Counted from the first letter of the stretch, positions 1 through 11,664 are shown. The stretch: DNA of 64,000 nt from Utricularia gibba (GCA_002189035.1 CM007991.1:2356001-2420000); one strand, 5' to 3'. Translations and numbers: made by a program. The notes: generated by a model not told the origin, from the sequence alone.

Positions 1-5
1 TGCAC

Positions 6-1670
6 ATTGTTAAAGTAAGCAAGAGGATTTGGCCACAAATCGTCCTTGATTATGTCAGCCACCTGATACCAGAAATAATAAAAAAAGCGACATGTTGGTC
101 ATTAAATGAACCATAACTAAGAACAGATTTGACGTGGAATTTACCTCATCATGAATTTCATACATCACTTCATTATGCTCAGATTCACTAAACCAGGCAA
201 AGAAGCTGCATTTGGACAAAAGGAAATGCAACTTAACAAAGAAACGGATCAATCGAACTAAAGCTGAAAAAAACAAATGAAAAAGGTCTGCATTATAAAT
301 CTTTAATCCACATCTACGGAATGAACATTTATACAATCTGGTATACGGGAAACTATCAATAATATATTGTGGAAGAATTTGAGGATTATATCTAGATTTT
401 AGATAAAACCCTTAAGGCATAATATGGAGGCGAGTAAGTCAAAACATGAAGAAAGGAAGAGAACTGTGAAAAATGAAGGAACACCTTTCCTCTGTATGTG
501 AGCGTTTTTTTCCTTTCTTCTCTTCAGGAACTCCATCCGGAATACCCTTCAAAGGTCAGGCATGGCTTGAATCAGAAAAAATAAACTGAAAGCTAGCATC
601 AAGGCAATAGGATATTGAAAAAGCTTACCATTCCATCTTTCCATTTCACCAGTGTAGCGGTAATCTTTGTTAACCCATCCTCGGAGAATGAGAAGGTCTT
701 GGTCAGCTTTGTATCTTCGAAATATGGGTTCGGGCTGAACGTCTGAGGTAAAATAGAGAAAGCGGTTTTAGTAGCTTGAAATCAGCATGCATAAAATGAA
801 GATAGCATGCATGGGAAGAGAGGAAAAATGAGGGCTCACAAATGAGATAGAGTAACCGGACTTCACATCCTTGCAATCATCTACTTCAAGATTGGTCAGA
901 TACTTGAAAATCTACGATAAAAGATCCAAGGAAGTTATGACAATCTTAACACGATATAAGGAACAAAACCATTAAGAGTAATAGATGATTTTTGAGACCT
1001 TTTGGTCTTCTGCTGTCAAAAGATCACAGAGAGCCGGATGATTGATAAACTGCAAAAGCAGAGAATATCTTAGTTAGAAGAAGCTCCAGACCAAAACTGG
1101 TGTAAAAGAGCACTCTTTACACCGGCACTACGCTTCACAAACAACACCAATCTTTGCAAACAGTACACATGAGAATCACTAACAGCAGTGAGCCAAAAAG
1201 CAGGAATGGATTTGATGACTTCATTCCTCTTATCATAAACAGGCTTCCGTATCTCATTGTACTTCTGCTCCACCTCCAAGACCTTTTCACTCGCCTCTTC
1301 ATTAACCTGAAAGAAAAAAAAAAAAAGAACATATTTCTCCTATTGACATGTACCAGAACGTGGGAAATCATGGAATGCATTTTCATGTACGTTAACATGG
1401 AAATGTAGATAAACCCATCAACCCCACCATCCAAAGATTTGATTTTGACGTCAGTTTATTTCGAAATAGGGAAAATTCGATACGGAATCGAGATGGGGGC
1501 AGAAAAAAAAAAAAAAAAAGCGGATTTAGTACCTTTTCAAGGTCGTCTTGAATATCCTGAAGCCTTTCAACAGAGAGAAGGAGCTCAGTGTCGATTAAGT
1601 CGGCCGCATCATCACCACTGTCCAGTTCCGCTTCCGCAGATTTGAGTTTCTTCCCTTTGTCTGCCCCCAT
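6..1670 (-). CDS. NRP: NAP1-related protein (SET/TAF-Ib-like histone chaperone); multi-exon, final acidic-tail exon lies left of the window
   Basis: GT-AG exons 1670-1533, 1306-1184, 1049-999, 911-840, 742-629, ~547-485, ~207-145, 62-6 give [10 protein letters not shown]...[28 protein letters not shown]...FWLTAFINHPAL...[14 protein letters not shown]...[19 protein letters not shown], typical of the NAP family. Confidence 0.93.
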
Positions 1671-2574
1671 GTTTCCCTGCAAGCCAAGAACCCTCACCTT
1701 GCCTTAGACCCTGAAAAAACCCCCGGCCCTTGTAAATCTATCACACCCACTGCCCTCCGTTTCAATACGGACTCCGTAATTTATAGTAAATTCCACAGTC
1801 CAGATTTCTGAAATCCGGAGACAGGGAAAAGAAGAAGGATTACAAGAATCTGCCTCCTTTTTTTCATTTCGTTTAAGACATCCTACCTAATCGTACATAC
1901 CGAAACCACCAAATACGATGATGTCCCTAACTTCTACATTTGTTATTTTAATCATATACCGTATAAAAAAGGTACGTGTAAATATGATGTGGGCGATGAT
2001 ATTTACTGTGCAAAGTTAAACAATATACTTCATCGATTACCAAAGTATACCATATAAACTATAAACTGTGTTTTATTGTACATTTTAATAATTTTAATTG
2101 TAGAAGTAAATGCATTGGAGTACCTGTTGCATGGTTCCATGTACCTTGGGCAACCAAAGCAAGCGCAGCATCTTGTGTCATCATGAATAGGAAGTCACCT
2201 TGGAAGCTGCAAATGCAGTGAGCTAAGCCTGCAGGGCGCGCTGATGTTGATGATGAATGGACGGCGGACTTCGGAACAGGAGATTACCTCGGCCCGTGGA
2301 GCTGCAGTGAAGACAGAGAAATATGATACAGCAACAGCACATGACCAGGAGTTCGGCTTAGTACTGCTTCAGTGAGGCCTGTTATCTGCGGAGTATTTGC
2401 CTTGCTTGGAGTGGTAAGCAATGGGAGTGTGCAAATATGCAGCATCAGCTGGGTGCTTGGTGCAGATTGCGTTGAAGAATCCAGAGGCGGGGCGGCAATA
2501 TCGTGTCCGTTGGCATCCATCGAAGCGGCAATCTGGTAGACATTGTAGAACAGCAGGGCATGAAGTGAAGGATT

Positions 2575-5528
2575 TCATACAGAGCTCCAACCAGGCTCCA
2601 TCTTATTCACACCTTGTCTTTTCATCGAGTCTCTGATTCTCAATACATCTTCCCAGTCTCCTGATTTAGCATGAATGTTCGAGGCAGAAACATAAGCCCC
2701 AGCATCTGCAGGCTGCAATTCCAGAACCTTTTCAACAGCTAGCTTCCCAAGCTCTTTATGGCCATGGACTCTGCAAGCAGCAAGCAGGGTTGCCCACTCT
2801 AAAGCGATGGGTTCCAAAGGCTTGTTTAGAATGAGGTTTTTAGCTTCTTCCAATCTTCCTGCCCGGCCAAGGAGATCCACCATACAGATGTAATGCCTGT
2901 ACCCTGGTTCAATACCGTATTCTGTTTTCATCGAGTTCAGATGAAAAAGCCCTTCCTCGACTAGACCAGAATGACTGCAGGCAGAAAGAACACCTACAAA
3001 TGTAGCTGCATCAGGCAGTATTCCTGAATTTTTCATGAGCTCAAATGATTCCAAGGCCTCTGATGCCTTTCCATGATGGCCGTAGCTCACAATCATAGCC
3101 GTCCAGGCAACTAAGTCTGGGGAAATGATGTTCTGAAACACTCTCAGGCACTCGCTAGTGCTACCACAATTTGAATACATTGTTACAAGTGAACTTCCTA
3201 GGAAAGATTCTGATTCTAGGCCAGCTTTAATCACATGACCATGCAACTGAGTACCAATGCGTGATTCACCTGAGACTGCTAGTGCAGAGATGATTGATGA
3301 TATTGAGAAGGCATCAATCCTCATATCAGAACGAAGCATGCCAATGATAAGTGTCAGAGCTTCATCGATGTTACCCGCTTTGGTTAATCCAGAGACTAAG
3401 CAAGACCTTGCCACCTGACTTTTGAAAGGCATCATATGGAATACAACTCTTGCAGATTTGAGATCAGCACATTTTGAGTACATATTAACAAGCGCTTCAT
3501 CAGTAATAGAATGCTGCGCATATCCACCTCGAAGAGTGAATCCATGCATTTCTCTCCCCAACTTCAAGTAACCCAGCACCGAGCATGCATTGAGAACAGC
3601 TGATAAAAGCTTTTCGTCATGAATTAATACCTCACCTCGCATTTCATTAAACAAGTCAATGGCTTCTTTACCAAGCCCATGTTCTACAAAACCCGCAATC
3701 ATTGAGGTCCATGAAACATAATCTTTGTTCTCGAGTAGCTCAAAAGCTTTCAAAGAGTTCCCCAAGTAACCACATTTTGAATACATCATGCAAATTGAAC
3801 TACCAACAGAAACCTCTGAAGCCAAACCAGCTTTAAGAATATAACCATGTACCTGGGTCCCAAAATACAAACAATCTATTACACTCAATAAAATGGAAGC
3901 ACTGAAGCTGTCTGGAGTCACACCATTTTTCACCATTCTCTGAAAATAAAGTGCAGCTTTATCATTGTGTTCTGAGTCGACAAATGCAGAAATCATAGTG
4001 GACCATATACCCGATTGGGTAAGGCTGTGAGACTCAGTAAATACTATTTCTGACAAATCGATCCTTCTAGCTTTTGAATATGCATTTATCAGCGAGGCGT
4101 TCACCACAGGATCGGAATGAAGGCCTTTCTTCAAGCTCCAGCAATGGACCTGTAATGCTTCTCCAATCATAGATGGATTAGCACAAGCAGCAAGCATGCT
4201 TGAGACAGTGAATTTATTTATGTCCTCTCCCAAGTTTTGCATCTCTTTGAAAAACCAAACAGCAGATGCTGAATCACCCTTCTGCGACAAACCAGAGATA
4301 ATGGCACTCCATGACACGTTATTGCGTTCTGGCATTAACCTAAACTGTTTAAGAGCATCATACAGGCAACCACATTTGGCATAAAAATCAACAATGGTAG
4401 TCCCCACAAAAATATCAGCTCCATCACCAAATTTGATCACTAGTCCATGAACGCTATCACCCAATTCAAGATTCTTAAGTGCAGCACATGCAGTGAAGAC
4501 GCTTGAAAAAGTAAATGCATTAGGGACCAGGGAGTCATGGCGATGCATTTGGATGAACACTTCAAGTGCAAGCCAGTCATTATCGCTCCTAACTGCTCCC
4601 GTCACTAGAGAATTCCAGCAAACAACGTTAACACACTCGATATCATGGAATACTCTCAAGCAATCCTGCATCCTGTTACACCTTGAAAACAAATCTATCA
4701 TCCCAGACCTCACATAACCATCTGAAAAGAAGCCATTTTTCAAAACGAATCCATACACTTGCTCCCCAGAGAGGGCACACAGCAATGCACAGCAAGAGGA
4801 AAGTACGCTACCATAAGTGAACGCATCCATGTCTACTCCCCTTCTGTGCATTTCAACAAAAACCCTCCAGCAATCATCAAAAAGAAATCTTTTATTGCAG
4901 CCAGAAAGGATCAAGTTCCACGTTACTGGATTGAAAAACGGAATTTCTTCAAGGATCATTAATGTATAATGGATGATGCCAAGTTCTGAGTAGGCCTCAA
5001 TCAACTGGTTTCCGGTGGATAATTCGGAATAAAGAATGCCACTTTTCAGTAAACACGAGTGCACTGCTTCGGTTTCCCCAAGTGTCAGACCTCCCAACAA
5101 TGCGGGGCCCTTAGCAGGGTAAAATGGTTATCCCTTGCACCGCTGTCAGCACATTCTTCAAGTATCGGGATACCGGTTGTGGCAGGCGACCTCCAGCCCT
5201 CGGATTCCCAAAACGGAATTTCTTCGAACAGGTTAGACGCATAATCCAGGCGTCCACATTCTGAGTAAACCTCAATCAAATGGTTTCTTGTGTGGATGTC
5301 GTAATCCAAGATACCACATTTCAGGAAACAGGTATGCGCTGATTCGGCTTCCCGGAGAGTTGGCCGCATCCCACATGCCGAATTGGTGCGCGGCAGCATA
5401 TGATGGCCCGTATTTGGTGTAGCATTGCGAGGAGTTCCAGTTGGTTGGATTTGGCATGAAGCGGCAGAACTGGTGAATTTCCGATGAGTATAACAACCGA
5501 CATGCCGCCAAATTCTTGTGCGAGGCAT
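2575..5528 (-). CDS. OTP87: PLS-class PPR protein, E subgroup (editing factor, At1g74600/OTP87-like); intronless, one apparent frameshift at ~5104-5107
   Basis: 841-aa ORF of PLS repeats ending in an E domain ...MEPGWSSV, like At1g74600 (KEPGWSSV). The ORF starts at TTG and has no early ATG. The upstream ORF (ATG 5528, MPRTRIWRH...) joins in frame if the G4 run at 5104-5107 is G5. Confidence 0.85.
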
Positions 5529-5631
5529 AACCCGTGCAGGCCATCCGGATCGTCGCAAGGCAGCGGGGGAAAAGTTTCAATTGATAAATAACTTGTGTTA
5601 TTATTTTAGGCAATTGATGATTGCCACAGAT

Positions 5632-5671
5632 GTCAAGATGGCCGAGCGGTCTAAGGCGCCAGTTTCAGGTA

Positions 5672-5703
<32 letters not shown>

Positions 5704-5711
5704 TCTTGACA
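5632..5711 (+). tRNA. trnL-CAG: tRNA-Leu(CAG), nuclear
   Basis: Acceptor stem GTCAAGA/TCTTGAC, D-loop TGGCCGAGCGGTCTAAGG, anticodon arm CCAGT-TTCAGGT-ACTGG, long variable arm, T-loop GGTTCAAATCC, followed by T-runs (Pol III terminator). Confidence 0.97.
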
Positions 5712-6380
5712 ATCGCTTTTGTTTGTTTTATTACATTGACGATGGTTGGGGCCTACCGACTCCCGAGTGAGAGGCGAGGCGGCCACAACATCATATGGGG
5801 TGGGGTGGGGCCCAAGGTGACCGACTCAACATTTGGGAAGGTACACACCCCGCACCTCACCCACACACATACTCGTGTGGAGTTGCTTTCCTGTGTCGGG
5901 GAACCTTCCAGCCCACCCCCACCCCCATTCGCATAGCATTGGACCCTGCCCTGCCAGCTTCCCATATCCAAAGATAAGCTAAGCTTTATTATTTTCACAT
6001 TTCTCTTTGAAAATACAAAATCATATTTTTATCATAAAAAACATGAATTGTAACGATGGTGTTTTTATTTAATTTTCTAAATCCATGGTGATTGATCGCA
6101 TTCGCCGGTCGTGTCTTGGAAGTTCCAGAGAGATGTGATTGAGCTGGGACTCGGAAAGTGGCCTAGTCCATTTTTAGCACTTGGAATTAGGGTTTCCATC
6201 CCATCCCCATTCCCATTCCCATACAACAACACAACACCCTTTCCCCTTGGCAGTTGGCTGGCATCGTTACCCTAACCTTGTCGTCGGACTCACACTAAAA
6301 ATATTTAAGTAATTTCACTTTTTGATTTAGCCAAGCAAAGGGAAGGCCCCAGGTGTGAGTCACAGTTTTCCCCTCTGGCC

Positions 6381-6413
6381 CTCTCCTCTCCTCTCCTCTC
6401 CTCTCCTCTCCTC
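6381..6413. repeat. (CTCCT)n pentanucleotide microsatellite upstream of the MYB
   Basis: About 6 perfect CTCCT units seen directly. Confidence 0.85.
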
Positions 6414-6547
6414 TTCTTTATATATTGCACTGCAGCTCCGTGCACAGGGCCCTCTGGGGTGGGGGGAGCAATAATTGTAACTATCCTTTCTCTTACTTCT
6501 TCTTCTTTCTGTCTCTGGTTGCCCCGCTGGTTGGTCGTGTTCTGCCA

Positions 6548-7603
6548 ATGGGGAGGCTCCCTTGCTGCGATAAAATCACAGTCAAGAAAGGCCCATGGAC
6601 TCCCGAAGAAGACATCATACTCGTTACTTACATTCAGCAACACGGCCCTGGCAACTGGAGGGCTGTTCCTAAAACCACAGGTCACCCACCCAAGGATCAT
6701 CTACAACATCCTGTGCTTTTTCAGATCTTTTTTTTGTTTTTCTCCAGGGCTGCTTCGTTGCAGTAAGAGCTGCCGTCTCCGGTGGGCGAATTATCTCCGC
6801 CCGGGAATCCGCCGTGGCAAGTTCACGGAAGACGAGGAGAGGACAATCATTCGTCTTCAAGCCCTTATCGGAAACCGGTCTGTCGTAATCTTCACAGAGA
6901 TCAAGTTCTTTTCTTACTGTTCATGATTGGTTTTACCTACCAAATCTACAGATGGGCGGCTATAGCCTCTTACCTACCGTACAGAACAGATAACGATATC
7001 AAGAACCATTGGAACACGCACTTGAAAAAGAGGGTCTCGAAGCAAGAAAACGGTGAGAGTTCATCGGAGTCCAGAGGGCAGTGGGAGAAGAAGCTTCAAA
7101 CAGACATCCAAATGGTGAAGAAGGCCTTCTGCGAAGCTCTTTCCCATGACAAATCAGTCCCTAGCCCAGATTCATCTCTTCTGTCAAATCTCGAGCAAAC
7201 GAAGCCTGCAGCGTACGCACACAGCACAGAGAACATCTCTCGTTTGCTCCAGAACTGGATGAAGAAAAGCCCAAGTGAAGAAGAAGAAGGGGCAACTCTT
7301 TTGAGCAGCAACAACTCAGACTCAGTGCCAATGCCAGATCCGGATGCTAAACCTGAATCCGGAAGCTGGAACCAAGGACTTGGCGCTCACACCAAGCCCC
7401 TTCTCAAGGCACAGGTAACAAACAGTCCCCGCAACTCGTAACCCAAGTTGCTCGAATTCCTTAAACAAGCAAGCAAGCCATTGTCTTCTTTCTGTATTGC
7501 CCAGGAGCCACTGAGCTTGCTGGAGAAATGGCTTCTTGAAGATAGTGGAACGCAAGGAGGAGATGGCTTCGTAGACATCTACAGCTTGGATGAGAGCCTC
7601 TGA
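6548..7603 (+). CDS. R2R3-MYB transcription factor, subgroup 1 (MYB30/31/60/94/96-like), 4 exons
   Basis: Exons 6548-6680, 6748-6877, 6952-7414, 7505-7603. MGRLPCCDK...[11 protein letters not shown]2R3 tryptophans, S1 motif [17 protein letters not shown] and C-terminal [13 protein letters not shown]. The first two introns have the canonical 133/130-nt exon pattern. Confidence 0.93.
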
Positions 7604-8691
7604 TTGGTAGCCCGCAAAAGGGGGGTTTCCTCGGAACAAGTTCCAAGTGTTGGGAGCCAAAAACCTCGGCTCCTTCTCCTCCGCCTGCTCCTACTTCAGC
7701 TGGAATAAATGTCAACCAGATGTAGGGTCTTTGCAGGGTTTGGTGTAAGCACATTTATGACAAGCCTTGCCCGCGTGAGGGAGTTTTGGAATCAATACAC
7801 AACAGATGATACAAGACATGTTCATCACCTGGAGCAATTTGAATCATTTCTCCACAACATGAATCAATACACAAGAGCACTCTCAAACAAACAATCCCGT
7901 AGCTGAGCTGCTGAGCCCCTCTTCACGTACAAGTATCCCCATCATTCACGCTCAGTCGTCACTCTCAACGCCCCAGATGCTAAATATTAAAATAATAACA
8001 CTAACGATAATAATAATAAATAACCGGGAGGTGTGGTAGAAGAATATCCGCTGCTACAGAAGCGCCACCTCTCCCAAAAAATGAAAAATGAAGAAGAAGA
8101 AGAAGCGGAGGCGTTGGAGGAATGGACACGTGTGGGTGAGGCGTCACATCGTCGTGGTGTTCACACGCGAGTCTCAACGGCGTGTCCCCACCCACATTTA
8201 CGGGAACTACCAGACGGCGGAGGAGACGTCCCCGACACGGCTACCTCCGCACCTCCATCACAACCATCAACATGCATTCGGGAAAATGGGGATCATCCAC
8301 CCTATCAATAAATAAATAAATAAATAAAAATAGACTAATCTTATATATAATATGATATTTTGATAATTTTATATTAAAACCCTATAAATCAGCAATCAAA
8401 TGGCCACCTTCCTTTTTTAAATAAATGACCAGCTGGGAGAGACTGATGACTTTTTTTTTTCTATTTAGGTTTTTTAAATTTATTTCACGATCAATACAAT
8501 TTTTGAAACCGATGTGGTGAGTGCATGATTGGGCCTCGTAATCCCTCCCACAGAGAGCCTCTTTTTCTGTTGAACACAAATGGTGTCATTGGGCCTCTAT
8601 GGTTAATTACCCAAATACCCATCTCATTTCCAATTATTTGGAAAATTAGATTTTGTCCTAAAATCATTTGAAGTAACTTGAGTAAACTATA

Positions 8692-8913
8692 TTCTGGAAA
8701 ATTTTTGAAACATATTTTTATTTTTCAAAATTATTTTTAAAAAATAGAAATAAAAAGTAAAAATAACCAACTATTTACTTTTCTAAAAATAACTTTTGTA
8801 ATTATAATTTTAAAAGTTTTTTTGATAGAATTATTTTTATAATTAAAAATGTTATAGAAAAAAACTATTTTTACTTCTGAAAAATAAAAATAAGTTTTAA
8901 AAATTTTCCAGAA
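8692..8913. mobile_element. AT-rich fold-back element / MITE-like
   Basis: About 38-bp terminal inverted repeats (TTCTGGAAAATTTTTGAAACATATTTTTATTTTTCAAAA versus reverse complement of the right end, 3 mismatches) with further internal symmetry. No clear target-site duplication. Confidence 0.65.
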
Positions 8914-9507
8914 CATTATTTAATTTAACGTAAAACCCTAAAAATTCAACTTCCAAAACGAATACTATCCGTTGGAGAAGCGACCACCACTTTTGGGTGA
9001 TGGTGTGCGGTTACCGGTTTCAAGAAGCGGGCGAAGCGAAGGCAAAACCCCCCCGTGTTGTCTCATAATTACGAGCTAATCTATCTATCTATCTATCCTG
9101 TCAGCCTGTCCCTGGGTCGCAGTTTCCGATGCTGATACCATGCTTTATTATTTAAGCTGCTATGTGGAAAATGCTCCATGGTTTCGGGTTTCAAATGGAA
9201 CTGGGGTGGGGTGTTGATGATGATACTCTCTCTCTCTCTCTCCGGTAAAAATCATGGGGAGGCAAAAGAGTTATTAATTGTGCACTTAATCTTTTTCCGG
9301 TATGCGTAAATGATATGCATGCATGAGGACGTTTTCAATAACCATAATAATAATAACGTCGCCATGGGACGGCGCATGAGCACGATCTTCGAGCACTAAT
9401 TCCTCATAATTGCCTCCTTTCCCCATCTCCCCTCCCTCCCTTTTATTCACCTACGTTTTTTTTATGTTGTTTTGCTTTTGTTGTTGTTTCACGTACTGGA
9501 CGCTGAG

Positions 9508-10659
9508 ATGGAGACTTCTCCTCCGCTGTTGAGCATGCCCATGGCTCTGCAGGATTACCAGGTGCAGGAGTATGAACAAGTCTTCGCCTTCCCGCTGCTT
9601 TATGATTTCAGGTACAGTTGAAGGGGGTGGGGTGGTACGCTTTGATCGGAAGCTTTGGTTCGTAACTATGGCTTTTGGCGCGTCTGTGTTGATAGTGATT
9701 CTGGGCTTCATGACTGGGACTTCTACGGTGGAATAGGAACCCTGGATTTACTGCTCACTGATGATGCTCCTTCTTGCCACCCACAAGGTTAAACTTTTTG
9801 TTTTTTAATTCCTTTTCTTTTTATTGGCATGTGCTGCAGTAGTAGTCGATTAAAGTTTGGAAATGGGACTGTGCGCAATTTCAGAGGGTTTTCTATGGGA
9901 TTCGTCGCTGTGGGAGGATATCAACTCAGCTTCTTCGCAAAAGCAGCAGATGACGCTGAAGAGCAGCGGTGAAGACGGGGCGAAGGGAGGAGAATCACCA
10001 TGCCCTGAAAACCCGATCGTGGGTAAAAAAACGAGTAGACGAGTGCACCGCAAAGATGAGACTAGAGCCTCGAGGCTGTCCAAGGAGATGATTTCGCAGT
10101 ACTTCTACCTTCCCATCGCAAAAGCAGCAGAGGAGCTGAAAGTGGGAGTCACGTATCTGAAGAAGAGGTGCAGAGAATTAGGAATCAAGAGGTGGCCACA
10201 TAGGAAGCTGATGAGCCTTCAAACACTGATCCACAATGTGCAGGTTTGGCGTCCCTCAACTCCGGCAATGTGCATGACACATATATATAAAGGCTTGTGA
10301 ATGTTTCATAGGAGCTTGGGAAAGAAAGAAGAGGGGTGCTGGGTGACGAGTACACACACATTTTGGAGGAAGAGAAGAAGCTGATGGAAGAGATTCCCGA
10401 TCTGAGACTGGATGACAGGACGAAGAGACTTCGGCAAGCTTGCTTCAAGGCAAATTACAAGAAGAGGAAGCTGATGGGCATGGCGGTTTCCTTCCCTAGG
10501 AAGCCTTCGAGCTCCAACCAACAAGTGGATGCCATTGACGAGGGCCATGTGAGTTCGGTTGGGTCGACAGGTGCAGAAGTGGACGATGAAGAGATCAAGT
10601 GTTTGATAGAAGGCTTCTGTTCGTCTGCTTCATCAGACGTGGAGCTTTTGAAGTATTAG
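9508..10659 (+). CDS. RKD: RWP-RK domain transcription factor, RKD subfamily; 5' exon structure uncertain
   Basis: [48 protein letters not shown] (RWP-RK), a 68-nt intron 10244-10311, then the RKD motif [16 protein letters not shown]. Putative exon 1 at 9508-9611 splices in frame to 9856. Confidence 0.88.
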
Positions 10660-10939
10660 TGTGCCCATGGCCTTGATTGTACATCGCGTTTAAGTACCAA
10701 TGGCATGATGAATAGTGAGTCAACAATGGAAACCAGCATATGAATCACAACCCAGCAGCTCCTGCGACCAAACGCCGTGTTTCTACATCCCCTTCCGATC
10801 ACGACGGAAGCCATGGAAGAGGGTTTCTACTGCATTGGTGGACGTGGTGGGAGAGGCGAGCCGTTGGATGAGGAAAAATGGAGGGTAGAGATTGATGGAG
10901 GATAGCCTTGCATTGGACCAGCCCATCTCCCACAATTCC

Positions 10940-11020
10940 TTGGGCCGGATCAGCAGCACCAAGAAAAGCATTGGCCCAATTCATCGTGCCTGAGGCCCAT
11001 TCCTTCAAAACCCTAGCTAC
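10940..11020 (+). promoter_or_regulatory. Site II (TGGGCY) plus telo-box-like promoter of the snoRNA host transcript
   Basis: TGGGCC at ~10941, GGCCCA at ~10973 and ~10995, AAACCCTAG at ~11008. This combination is established for ribosome-biogenesis and snoRNA promoters. Confidence 0.55.
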
Positions 11021-11330
11021 CCCGTTTCCTCGCCAATAAATTGGAGGGCGGGGGCAGCGCAGTTCAGTCCCTCGAATTCCCCTGCTTCCCTTCCCGTATC
11101 TCGTTAGGTTTCAGTAAAATTTCTGCGGAATTGTTCGTTGTGTCGTTGCCTTGCATATGATGTAGAGAAATTTTCTTACCCCTTTGTGGTGAAAGATGAT
11201 ACATTTACAGGAAATCAGAATCTCTGATGCGTTTTTGATTTTGGTTCGTCAAAAAAAAAAAGCCTTTTTTCTGTGTGCTGCTCCTCTTTGATTTGTTGTT
11301 CTTGGAAATGTTTTCAATAGTGCGCTGTTC

Positions 11331-11392
11331 GCCGGGGATGGTGTTAAATATACTTTGAGTGGTCAACAATGAAAAGTATGTAACTCTGAGGC
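11331..11392 (+). ncRNA. C/D box snoRNA, D' guide to 18S rRNA (GCGUA-Um-AUUUAA; about Um604 in Arabidopsis numbering)
   Basis: GCC/GGC termini, degenerate C box GGGATGG, 10-nt antisense TTAAATATAC before D' TTGA, D box CTGA at 11386-11389. The D+5 rule lands on a U that I recall is methylated in plants. Confidence 0.65.
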
Positions 11393-11491
11393 CTTTGCAC
11401 TATTGCTGTTTGGTAATGTCTACTTCTGCACTATCAGATTCCAATTTTTCATTATTGTGTCCGTCGCTACTTTCTTATCAGCTTTGTCTAA

Positions 11492-11574
11492 ATGCAAATG
11501 ACGATAAACAGACAGGGACATCAGAACTCTTTTAAGAGTATGATGATTTGTCGTTGGGAATCTCTCCGATGCAT
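11492..11574 (+). ncRNA. snoR44: Dual-guide C/D snoRNA, snoR44 (U79/U74-equivalent guides; 25S about Am2326 and Cm2337)
   Basis: Terminal stem ATGCA/TGCAT, C box ATGACGA, D' guide AGACAGGGACA complementary to 25S UGUCCCUGUCU, C' TGATGA, D guide TGGGAATCTC complementary to 25S GAGAUUCCCA, D box CCGA. The same TGGGAATCTCT guide occurs in human SNORD79. Confidence 0.85.
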
Positions 11575-11593
11575 AACGCTTTGGACTTTGTCG

Positions 11594-11664
11594 GGAATAT
11601 GATGCTTGTTGACATTCAGTTTTATCAGAAAATTTTGCATGATCGTTTTTCTCCCCTGAGATCT
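11594..11664 (+). ncRNA. Candidate C/D snoRNA with an 11-nt antisense element to 25S rRNA
   Basis: C box ATGATGC, D' CAGA, C' ATGATC, D CTGA. TTGACATTCAG is complementary to 25S CUGAAUGUCAA but is not adjacent to the D' box. Confidence 0.4.

Noticed and set aside
2140-2640. Several 70-80-aa ORFs and GC-richer sequence downstream of OTP87
   Set aside because: No recognisable domain and no consistent splice model; probably 3' UTR or non-coding.
7700-8320. Short ORFs on both strands and a 14-bp direct repeat (GAATCAATACACAA at ~7790 and ~7861)
   Set aside because: No homology, no miRNA-like hairpin I could support, and the repeat is too short to interpret.
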